From NCBI GenBank assembly GCA_039096225.1, contig JBBPEB010000013.1, positions 1,550,001 to 1,614,000 of the forward strand: 64,000 nucleotides of DNA, written 5' to 3'. Below the pieces are notes generated by a model. It was not told where the DNA came from and ran no database searches. It was given only the letters and a program-made list of their open reading frames with translations. The stretch comes from Blastocystis sp. Blastoise (Eukaryota > Protista > Bigyra: Opalinata). Positions 29,301 to 40,623 of the stretch are shown piece after piece; position 1 is the stretch's first letter; each line of letters begins with the position of its first letter. The translations under genes were made by a program, and so were the position numbers.

Positions 29301-30749
29301 AATACAAAGAGAAGCAGATTGATGGCCATAGACAAAGTTACTAAGTACCATATGTTGATTATTACTAACACAAGGATAGAAAGGAATAGTAGCTACACTT
29401 TGAAGAGAATCCATAATATAAACAGAACTAGGTAATAAATTACATTCAGTAAAGCAAATATGACCTGCAGGAACATTAACATCAATAATACGATATCTAA
29501 TATTAATATATTCAGGAATAGTATTAGTAAAAAGAATATTCCAAAGATTACCATATTTAGTTTCTTTAGCAAATTCATAAGAATCTACAAGCACTTGATA
29601 TCCATATTTCTTAAATAAAGCAGCAACTTCAGAAGCAGAAACAGTATAGCTCAATAAATCAGAATGATGATCAATTTCTAATACAAAAGAACTACTCTGT
29701 AACGTATATTGCTTACTATCTTCATCAGCAAAACCAAAAGTCCAACGAGAAGCTACAACTGAATCAGATTTAGAACAACCAGATTCAGAATCTACCCAAC
29801 GAATCTGATCATTTTCAGTAAGAGAAGCTTCATTAAGTTTATAACCATGAATTTGAAATTCAACTAATTCAGTCTTAATAGGATTACCCCAATTACTTTG
29901 AACGACAATCTTAAAATAACGTCCATAAATAGGAGTAACAGTATTCTTGTCAGAAAAGACTTTCCAACCAGCATCTTGATTTTCAGCTTCATAATTAATC
30001 CATTCAGACCAAGGACCCATAATAGAATCTAAGGAATAATAGACAGAAAGAAGACGAGCAGAAGCAGGAGAATTATTTACATAAACTCTAGCATCATCAG
30101 CAGAAATAATAGTTTGAGCATCGAAAGCAACCCAATTCTTTAAATTATTGCAACGAGCACAAAGAGAATCAGCACAAGAAGGAGAAGCAGAATTAGCATC
30201 ACTACAAGTGTTATCATCACCTGCAGTACAACCAAAACACTTACGACCACCTTCAAGTTGATTATAAGCTGATATAGTCTCATTTAAATAAGTAAAAGTT
30301 TGGCAATTTTCATCACCAAGAATACAGCCGTCATTAAAGGAAGGATGAGACCATTCAAATTTGGTAGTTTCACTACCATCAATAATAGAGAAAACACTTC
30401 CTTGAGCATAAGGAATAGGACGACCGGATTTAATGTTTGATGACCAACCCCATTGTCTAGTATTTTCAGAAATAGAGCCCCAAGATTCACGTTCAGTTTC
30501 AGTAGGGAGCCAAGCAGGAGTATAAGTAGTAGTATCACACTTGTAAGCATCATATCCAAAGAAGTAAGTTGAACTATGTCCAACAAAGGCATCTTCAGAC
30601 GCAGCCAGAGCAAGCATAAAAAGAGTTCTATAGATGAATAAACATAAATAATCAATTAATTAAAAATAAGTAGAAAATATGTTGAAAAAAAGATAAAATA
30701 TATAAATATAGAAGATTTTGACTACTTACAAAAATAATATATTACTCAT
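8400..30749 (-). CDS. Giant secreted repeat protein (~7,415 aa): signal peptide, ~60 ~100-aa two-Cys repeats, 2 discoidin/galactose-binding-like domains
   Basis: Exon 30749-30730 (ATG) splices via GTAAGT...CTATAG to a 22.2-kb exon 30627-8400, giving MSNILFLTLFMLALAASEDA. The repeat consensus is about xAxVxxxKxFxxxGxGIxxxDxxxFVxxxxC...FxxxxxxxLCYxFxxExxxxY. Confidence 0.9.
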
Positions 30750-30777
30750 TTATCAATTAATTGTAAAGATTAAGTAT

Positions 30778-30886
30778 CTATAGAAAAATGGAAATGAGCA
30801 CGAATTGAAATTAAAGATTTTATATATAAAAAGAACATCAACATGCTTCTCATGATGTGCTCTATCTAAAAATATATATCACTTAC
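30778..30886 (-). other. Probable 5'-UTR intron of the giant gene
   Basis: Strong donor AAG|GTAAGT and acceptor TTTTTCTATAG. In-frame stops (TGA TAA) precede the ATG at 30749, so the upstream exon is non-coding. Confidence 0.6.
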
Positions 30887-31636
30887 CTTCTTAAATAGAT
30901 TTAAGTTAATATACTATAAAAGGAATAGGTGATGAAAGAAAAGAAGCAAAACCATCGACTTTCAAATTCGATTGATATCAGGTTTATTTCTTTATCTTGA
31001 ATATTTTACAATAGTATACTCTAAAACACATAATAATCAGTATTCTTTTTTTCCTGATTTTTCGCTATTCTATTCTTCCTCAGAATACTCGACGGTCCAA
31101 TTAATTTCGGGTATTTTTTTTTACTGAGAAATTTGGTTGAAACGAATTGTTTAGATAACTAGGCTTTTATTATAGGCTTCAAAAAATTATTGTTTATATT
31201 TCGTTTACTTTGTAATATATAGTTATTGAGAATTTTATTATAATAGAATAATTTGATTTATTAATAATTTAAATTCATTCATTTTATATTATAATAAACT
31301 GGTATTTTTTAAGTTAGATCATTATTATTAGTATTTATAAATTAAGAGATAGCATAGAAAATGTAATTTTTATCATAAATATATGGGAAATGTATCATTT
31401 TTTTTTTAGTAATTTTTTAAATTGGATGAAAAAAATTAAAATTCAATAAATATTCTAATTATTATCAAAAACGAAGAATACAGTGATTTTGAGTTTCTTT
31501 AATATTGATATTTTATTATAGTGATAATTCTTTTAATTACAACATAAAAAACATGTATGAGCATAAAAAATGTTTTTAAATTAAAACGAAGAAAAATGAT
31601 GATAATAAAAAATGATGATAATAAAAATTTCCAGTA

Positions 31637-31725
31637 CCGAGCTTAGCTCAGTTGGAAGAGCGTTAGACTGTAGTGGCTGCATTGCAGCAATCTAAGGGTC
31701 GCTGGTTCGATTCCGGCAGCTCGGA
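31637..31725 (+). tRNA. trnY-GTA: tRNA-Tyr(GTA) with 16-nt intron
   Basis: Acceptor stem CCGAGCT/AGCTCGG, D-arm GCTCAGTTGGAAGAGC, anticodon arm TTAGA-CTGTAG[intron TGGCTGCATTGCAGCA]A-TCTAA, T-loop GTTCGATTC, followed by a T-run terminator. Confidence 0.97.
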
Positions 31726-32563
31726 ATTCTCTTTTTTCATTTTTTATTTATTTTTTAATTATTTATTTAGTATTCTTTTTAAAGTTGATTTCTGCATTTT
31801 TATATGTTTTAGTTATATTCAATTAATTTTTTATGCTTGTTGTAGTAAGAAAATTTAATAAAATTTAAGATTGAAAGCAAATTAAACAAAATAATTTTTA
31901 AAAATTCATTATAATGCTTATATGAAAAAACACTTAACTATACATTTAGCTTAAGAATAATACAATTATCTTATTGAATAAATATGTTAACAAGGTTCAC
32001 CACATATTGAGTATTATCTCTTAGACTTTCATTATTTTATATTATATATAAATATATGTTTTGTTAATATTGAAAATTATTTTGATTTACAAAAAAATAA
32101 ACACCATGATTCATCTTTCAATAACTAATTATGCCTTAATATCCTTTTATAAGTTATCATAGCAATAGTTATATCTTTAAAAAATACATCCAATATATTT
32201 TTATAAATATTACTTTACTTGCAAATATATTTTTTAAATAATCAAAATATGTCATTGAGTTATTATAGAAAATTTTCTTAAATCTGGATAAAAGAATAAA
32301 TATTATTAATTAATTAATGAAAGTTCATTATTAATTATTTTTGTAAATTTTTATATGTGTATATCATTTATATTTCAAATATTATGTATTTTGCTTATTT
32401 AAAAACAAAAATGTTTATCAATTATTTTTTTTAATAAAATTATTAAAAAAATTGAAAACATACATTAATATAAAGAGTTTATACATATAAAAATGCAGAA
32501 ATCAACTTTAAAAAGAATAATAAATAAATAATTAAAAAATAAATAAAAAATGAAAAAGAGAAT

Positions 32564-32652
32564 TCCGAGCTGCCGGAATCGAACCAGCGACCCTTAGATT
32601 GCTGCAATGCAGCCACTACAGTCTAACGCTCTTCCAACTGAGCTAAGCTCGG
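32564..32652 (-). tRNA. trnY-GTA: tRNA-Tyr(GTA) with 16-nt intron, identical second copy
   Basis: Exact reverse complement of 31637-31725. Confidence 0.97.
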
Positions 32653-33102
32653 TACTGGAAATTTTTTATTATCATCATTTTTTATTATCATCATTTTTCT
32701 TCGTTTTTTTCTTCAATTATTATCATCATTTTTTAAATTTTGTTTTTGAGCATACAGCTTAATTTACAATTCATATTCTATAGATCAACATTAATTAAAG
32801 AAAATGCGAAAACTCTATTCTAACGAAACATTACAATGAACATTCTATATTTAAAATATTATAATGACATCGAAATAAAACAATCATTATATACAATTAA
32901 AAATCATCTATATTCTTTATGTATATCATTGCCAAATCTTATGTTAATTATTGGGATATTGTAAAAATCATGGGAATACCGAAATTGTGTCTTTTTAAAA
33001 GAAAACAATAAAAATTGTTTGTTGTCAATTATTCCTTCATATCCTATTTCTTCTTGACCTATATTGTTTCATTAACTTATATCGTATTTGTATATACTTA
33101 TC

Positions 33103-33888
33103 ATGAGTGAAAATGAAGATAAATGGTATACTACAAGTCGTGGTGAGCCATGGGTGATTTGCTTTGCTGGAATTACGTTTGATATAGATGAAGGACAAAA
33201 AATAGAGTTTATATACCCAAAAAGAAGTCTTTCTGAACATGAAGAAAAATGTGTAAAATTCTTAGCTATGCCTGATTGCAATAATACTTATATGGGAAGT
33301 ACAGAATATTGCTTTCGATTTAGAGATGATGAAAAAATTCCATATAAATCATTATTATCCATCGAGCATTCCTACACATATGGTTTCTCTTTTTTTCGGT
33401 ATTTTTTTAATTTTTTAATCTACTTATTTATGCATCTCATATTTATAAAATTGATTAAATCTATATTTTGTATTTTCTAGACAACAAAAATGTCAAAATG
33501 CTCAACGAGGTGTTATACAGAAATCCATTGTTATTCTTACAAAATTACCATTCTATAGTTTATTTGATCAGTATATTCTATATTTCTAACTTTATTTGTT
33601 ATGTTATCTATATAGACTGATCCATATTATTGGTGAATTATATTTTCAAGAAGGTCAACATATTCTTGCTTCTTTATATTCAGATATATGTAAATGGTAA
33701 ATATGATGATTATTATTAATTTGATATTATTATTGTTTCTTCTTCTACTTTCTTCTTAATTAATTTTTTTTAATTTTCTATGTATATAGGCCATTTCCTG
33801 TTGTAGGAGAACGTCACTTATTGAGTTTAGCAGGACATGTAAATATATATATATATGTTTCTTTTTTTAGTTTTTATCTATCCTTTTA

Positions 33889-33923
<35 letters not shown>

Positions 33924-33949
33924 ATACATAAATAATAAATAATGAATAA

Positions 33950-33992
<43 letters not shown>

Positions 33993-34555
33993 CTATATAA
34001 GTCTACTTATTATTTCCTATAGACAATTCCTCTATGTGTTCCCTCTGATATTGTTACTGCAAAGATTATAAAGAATTATCAGAGTCAACTCTATCAACTT
34101 TCTAGTAGTCCTTCCAACAGACCTTTTACTCCTTCTCCTGTGAATAGTTTAAATGAGAGTCTTCCTCTATCTACATCTCCTATTCCATCATTACAATTAA
34201 ATCCTATATCTTCTTCTTCTTCTACTACTACTACTACTACTACACAAACTAAACATGTAACACATGCTATTAACATCAATATAACATCAGATACTAATTT
34301 AAATGTTCCTCTTTCTTCTCCTCTATCCCCTTCTCTAAATACTCCTATTTCCAATCCTCTCTCTACTTCTACTCCTATTTCTCAACCAACTCTAGTTACA
34401 AGACGATCCTCTCTTCTCTCTAATTCACATTCCTTATTAAGAACAAATTCTATTCCTTCTTTCTCTATTACCCGTACTCATTCTCCTCTTATTTCTGTCA
34501 AAAACAATAGTGAATCTCCTTCTAGTCCTCCTCCTTCTACTAATACTATTTATGC

Positions 34556-34587
<32 letters not shown>

Positions 34588-34694
34588 TAAATAATAACTC
34601 TAATAATATAAATAATAATGATAATACAAATATAAATAATAATAATATAAATAATAACTCTAATAATATAAATAATAATGATAATACAAATATA

Positions 34695-34728
<34 letters not shown>

Positions 34729-37602
34729 TTAATAATAATAATAATAATAATAATAAACCTGAAACATTCAATAATTCAAAATCTATTTTAAACCCTCTTC
34801 AGTCACCTCATGCCACCCAATCATCTTCGAGATATCTTTCATCATTATCCAATCCATCATCATCAACAACATCTTCTCTCTATTCTCCCCACGGTAGAAC
34901 AACACAGTTATCAGTTCAACATAATACATCTCATATCTCTTCTCAACAAGATACTTCATCATTATGCGTAGAGACATCGGACCTCTCTCCTATTTCTACA
35001 TCTTCTTATTCTCCTCAACGATCTATGTCTATTCCATCCTCTTATTATATTGAATCCTCTTCTATATCAACTACTCTAGCTACTGCTCATGATTTATCTT
35101 TATCTCCTCTATATTCATCAAATCTCTCTACAATTAAACCTACAAACAAACAAGGTATTCCTACTTCTTCTATTACAAATCGTACTTCAAATAAAAACTA
35201 TATACCAACTAAATCACAAAGTCCACCAACTCGAATCCCCATTCCTACAAATCTTCTTACATCTCGTGCTAATAACTTAATTTCTCCAAATTCACCTTCT
35301 ATTCGTTATATGATTCAACCAGACTCTCTCTCTCATCCTAATTCTATGTCTATTTCTTTCTCTCCTCCTTCATCTCCACCTACATCTCCACCTACATCTC
35401 CTCCTTTATCTCCATCTTTATCATTCTTACCTGCTTCTCTTCCTCCTCTACCAGAATCTAAACAGAATACAGTTACAACACGTGCTATGTCTCCATTCAT
35501 TCGACGAAAAGATGACGGAGTCTCTCCTTTATGTCGTATGACTATTTATAAGAAACAAAAGAACAATACATCTTCTTTCATTCGATCAAATGCTATTCTA
35601 TCTCGATCTGTAGAGTCTCCCGTGGGAAGTGAATATATTCCTTCGGAAGATGAAACTCCAGAAGTGGACTCTTTTGATATTAAAACTATTACTGTTCCTC
35701 CTCAAAATATATATATGTTTTTTTTATTAAATATATTTTATATATTTTATTATGTTGGTTTTTATTTCATATATTCTTTATTTATTATTTTTATTATTTG
35801 ATTCATTTTTTATTATTTTATTTATATTATTTCTTTTGTTTATTCTTTATATACTTACATATATATATAGATATATGGTTATCTCCTACTCTTTTATCTC
35901 CTCGTGGCAGTCGTCCTTATTCTCCTCAGTCTTCTGTTCAAAAGTGTCTAGACCCGCGGGAGGGACTAGATAAGAATAGTAACTCTCCTGAAGGAAATAT
36001 CTTCGCTACAAACACTATTTCCTATGGAAATTCTAAAGAAGATCGTTCCATAGAAACAGGACTTGATAAAAGTATATATATAGTATAGTTTATAGTAAAG
36101 AGTAAGAATTGATTATTCTTATTCTGGCTATTTATTAAATATACTATATATTTATTTATATACTATTTCCTACTCTATATAGATACTGATGATTTAAATG
36201 AGGATTCCCATGAATATATATCGATGAAAGAAGACGATTTGGAGGGAAACAACGAAAACTCAATTGTAAACAATATCCAGTTTGTAGGATTATTTCAAGT
36301 ATATCTATGAATATATATACTTTTTTTTCTTAATTATATTTTTTATTTACATACTATTATATATCTTTGTATATTCTTTTAATAAGTCACATTTTTTATA
36401 TGAATTATATATGTCTCTCTCTATCTCTCTCTATTCATATTAAGCTCAAATGTTTTATTATATATCTATATATCTTTATATATCTATATATATCTATATA
36501 TCTATATATCTATATGTCTATATATCTATATATATCTATATATCTATATATCTATATATATCTCTATATCTTAGGATATTCCGCTCTATTCGTTCTTCTA
36601 CAATAAATATAAGCTCTATGAGAAGCTCTATGAGATCAGTCTCTATAATGAATCACTTATTATTCTTAGTAGTTGTATTGATATCGTTTCTCAAGCTGTA
36701 CTCATTGTTACAAGGTATATATATATATTAGAAAGAATAATAATTTATGACTCTTTATATATATAATATTCTTCATATTCTTTTGTCTACTCTTTTATTT
36801 TTTGTGTTTATATATATATTCTTATTTCTTATTATCTATTCTATATATTAATATATATCACATTATATATATATATATAGTCTCAGCAATTCAATCCCTT
36901 ATACAGGTGATTTCCGTCCTTATTTCACTCTCTTCGATCCAGATTATAACGCTATTTTTAACAGCTATAAGCAGGACAACGAAACCCCTAAAGCTGACGC
37001 GTCACATGGAGTTATTCTTGGAGTTACAAACCCATATATCCTGACAGTATATATATATCTATCTATTTCAATCATTTATTATTCGTTATTGATATTTTCA
37101 AGTAATGTTATGGTTTGATGCTGTTTTATCTTTTATATAACTGATGTATTATATTTTTATTTCACTTTTTGTTTTATATTCTTTATTTGCTATCGTCTAA
37201 AGACAACACTATCTTATCGGTTTATATATATATCTATATATCTAGTGTTTTGAAAACATTACAAATGTTCTATACATTCCATCAAGAACCACTTCTACCT
37301 TTCATACAATACAGATTCCCGCGGGGAAGAGTGTATTACCTTATATAAATAATGATGAGAATGATTCCTATGCCAGTGGTGTACTTATATATAGAACTAA
37401 ATATATATATATTGATGAAAATAAGATTGAGAAAGATCATGAATTATCTATTAAACAAATTATGAATAGTCAATATAATCATAAAGGTATATTTATGTAT
37501 AAATTTAACTATCTTTATACTATTATTATATATATATATATATATATAGAGAAAATGTATAATGATCAGTGTTCGTTTATTCTTCGAAAATACTTTAAAG
37601 AG

Positions 37603-37633
<31 letters not shown>

Positions 37634-38765
37634 TTGTTTTTATATCTTTTTTCCCCTACCTACAGAGTCACAGATGCTCTCTTGGCTCCTATTCACCGCT
37701 GTATTGATACCGCCAAATCAGTTGGGTTCAATCACTTCGGTATATATATATATATATATATATAACTATCCTTATAAATAATACTTTGTATTTCTTTATA
37801 TATATAATTTACTAGTCAAATTAAATACATATTTATATTTTTTTCTTATTTCTGTTTAAAAAAAAATATAATTGATATTATTTTATTAAATATATCTATG
37901 TTATACTTCTTTATAAACTGAATTCCCTACTTTTCTCATTATTTCCCGCTATTTCTTCTATGTACAGGTCCGTACGATGATCCCCACACTCTCATTCATA
38001 TTCTATCCAATAAGGATCTTCTTATAATGATTGAAGAATATATACATAATCATCCTCATCATCCCTTTGTGGAAAACTGGAAAATTATATATACAAAGTA
38101 TATATATATTTATATATAATTGATTCATTTATTAGGATACTTTTACTTTTATAAGAATTATATATATATATATATATATTATTTTGAATATAAAAATAAT
38201 TGTTATATATGTATATATTTAATGTATATATATAGATTATTCTATACATATAACTTTAAATTATTCGCTATAAATCAAAGAGATGAAGCGATTAAAGAAT
38301 ATATACCGTTACTTGCTTATTTAAAATTAACAGTCTCTCCAACTCAATTCAGTGATACGCTGAGTCCATCTGAAAAAGAACGTGTTGCTTTACTCTATAA
38401 GGTGAAACAGGTATATATATATATATTTCTATTGTCTTGACAGTATAGAATAACATTTTTTAAATGTTAATTTATGCATATATATATTATATATACTTTG
38501 TATATATGTAACTATATTGATATCTATCTATATATATTCTCAATATATAATATATTAATAAATTATTTATATAAAATATATCTAGGCAATTGATAGTGAA
38601 GAAGATTCGTCACAGACTTCCCGCTATTTATCCGTAGAACCCGCCAAAGATCGTAATGATCGATTTTTGAATATGAAGAGACATTATAATATATTATATA
38701 ATTCATTATCCAAAAAGATGAAGAATATTCTTGGGAATACATTCAAGTTATATCCAAACTTATAA
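33103..38765 (+). CDS. DENND6: DENND6/FAM116-like Rab GEF with large low-complexity insertion; about 15 exons
   Basis: WVICFAGITFDIDEGQKIEFIYP, FLAMPDCN, YGFSFFRQ, RGVIQKSIVILTKLPF, YTGDFRPYFTLFDPD and VILGVTNPY are DENND6 hallmarks. Exons join in phase to TAA at 38763-38765. Confidence 0.88.
33888..33992. repeat. (AAAT)n intronic microsatellite
   Basis: Imperfect TAAA array. Confidence 0.9.
34556..34756 (+). repeat. Coding poly-Asn (AAT)n tract with an internal 60-bp tandem duplication
   Basis: NNNINNNSNNINNNDNTNI is encoded twice. Confidence 0.9.
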
Positions 38766-40623
38766 GTTCTATCTATTCTAAATACAAAAACATTTGGTTT
38801 CTCATCTATGGGTCTATCTTTATAACTATTTTCTATATATAATAGTACATGCTCTTTTTCTCCTTTTCTATTTTTACACAATTTGTCTGTATTCTCTTTT
38901 CTCTTAGTCTTATTAACTGTAATTATTATTGAATATCTTTATATAATACAATATATATATTTTTATTCAAAAGATTATATTTGTATTATTTTCCTTTTTT
39001 AAAATTCGTTTGTAAATTTTAAATAAATATATTATTCCTTTTCATTTATACATTTTTTTTTAAAACTAAACTTATATTATTTCTTTTTATTTTTTACTTA
39101 TATGAATCTGTTTAGTACAATATATATACTGTATATATTTAAGTTTTTAATCAACATTTTTATCATTTAGGAGAGAAATAGTCTACATATTATATATATA
39201 TATTTATATCTCCTTTTTTTACATGCTGTTGTCCTTGTGACTCGTGTTGGTGTTCTTGTTATCATGATAGTTATTCACTACTATTTTATTGTTTTCTTTT
39301 TGGCTTTGCTTTAAATATTCATATATATAGAAACAACAATGTCTTATATTCATTTTAAAGATGAAAATCTGTCACTTTAATTCTTTTTTAACATTTATGT
39401 GTATTCTTTTTTAAATAAGAAACTGACTTATAAATGAAAATTTATTATTTCTTTTCTTCTGATAGGTATAATCTCTTTATAAACAAGTGTTTAAAAAACT
39501 TTGTCTGATGCTGAATTTTTTTAACTTTTTTTAATTCATATATTATATATAATTAATCTCAACATTGAATGAATATAAAGCTTCAGAAAATGTAATTATT
39601 TAGAATGAAAAAAGTATGATTATGACGTTTTCTACGTCAGCTATAAAGACTATGAAAAATAATATGTTCAGATGTTTTTCAAATATGGACTAACATATCA
39701 AATTAGTAATTATATGCTAAAACGAATTTAAACATGTTTTGTGAAAGAAAGATGATATTATTTGAAAAAAGTTGAAATCAAGCTTTTTTTCATTAGTAAT
39801 AGAAAACATATTAAGAATAGAGAAGATATAAAGGAAAAACAAATATGATTTTCAAGAAATGCGTCATTAAAAACGTCTAAAAACAGAAAAAGGTTAATAG
39901 AATATTTTTAAAAGAAAGAAATATAACGGAATATATATTATCTTATAGATAATATGAATATTGACCGAAGTATCTAGGTAATAAAAATACTATGAAATAA
40001 AGCCAGATTCGTAATGAATGTTGGCAATGAAGATGTGTGTTCAAGTTGTAGCAAATCGCTTGAAGATAAAAATAAAAAAGATTTCTGATGCATGTTCATT
40101 CATTTGCTAAAAAAATAAAAAGCAGATGAAGAGACACTTGAGATTGTGATTAAGTAATCTCACATATTGTGGCTTGTTTGCTTTTATCATCCAATCATAA
40201 GATGATTAGCTCTTTAAAATGGTCAAATAGTATATTTGCATTCTTTCATAGGTTTCTCATTTGGAATCTCATATCCAATTAAACGAAGTGAGATTCAAAA
40301 GCCTATCCATATTTTTTGCAGACATCTTCGTTATTTTCACGGTTTCAATATTTTTCTATTATTCACGGTTTTTGCTTGTTGAAGGGAGATTTGAGATTGT
40401 TTTTCTAAATAAGATGCGGGGAAGACCCTTGGTTTTTTGGATAGATTCCGAAATATTGGGAAGTGTCAGCGAAGGTCAGCCATTCATTAATGGACAATTG
40501 CTTCATTTGGTTTAACAAAATTGATCATATGAATGCGATCTAAAAAATGCTGTTCCAAAAACCATGTTGTTTGTTAGAGAAATTAAATAACGTTTTCATT
40601 TTATATTTATTTTTATTATCAGA

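Larger units (their letters stand above)
31583..32707. repeat. Inverted repeat: arms ~31583-31807 and ~32483-32707, spacer ~675 bp
   Basis: Near-identity extends ~55 bp upstream and ~80 bp downstream of each tRNA. I see only about 3 differences (two homopolymer lengths, one G/T). Confidence 0.92.

Noticed and set aside
11510-30655. Many short Leu/Ile-rich or Asn/Arg/Ser-rich ORFs overlapping the giant gene (similar ones overlap Hsp70 and the Ig gene)
   Set aside because: Shadow frames produced by strong NNT/NNA codon bias in the real CDS.
30881-30888. ACTTACC resembling the U1 snRNA 5' end
   Set aside because: It is the reverse complement of a splice donor, and no U1 body follows.
31673-31858. 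61-aa ORF
   Set aside because: Overlaps the tRNA-Tyr gene and its T-rich terminator.
31583-32707. MITE or DNA transposon interpretation of the inverted repeat
   Set aside because: No target-site duplication or transposase; the arms are centred on intact tRNA genes.
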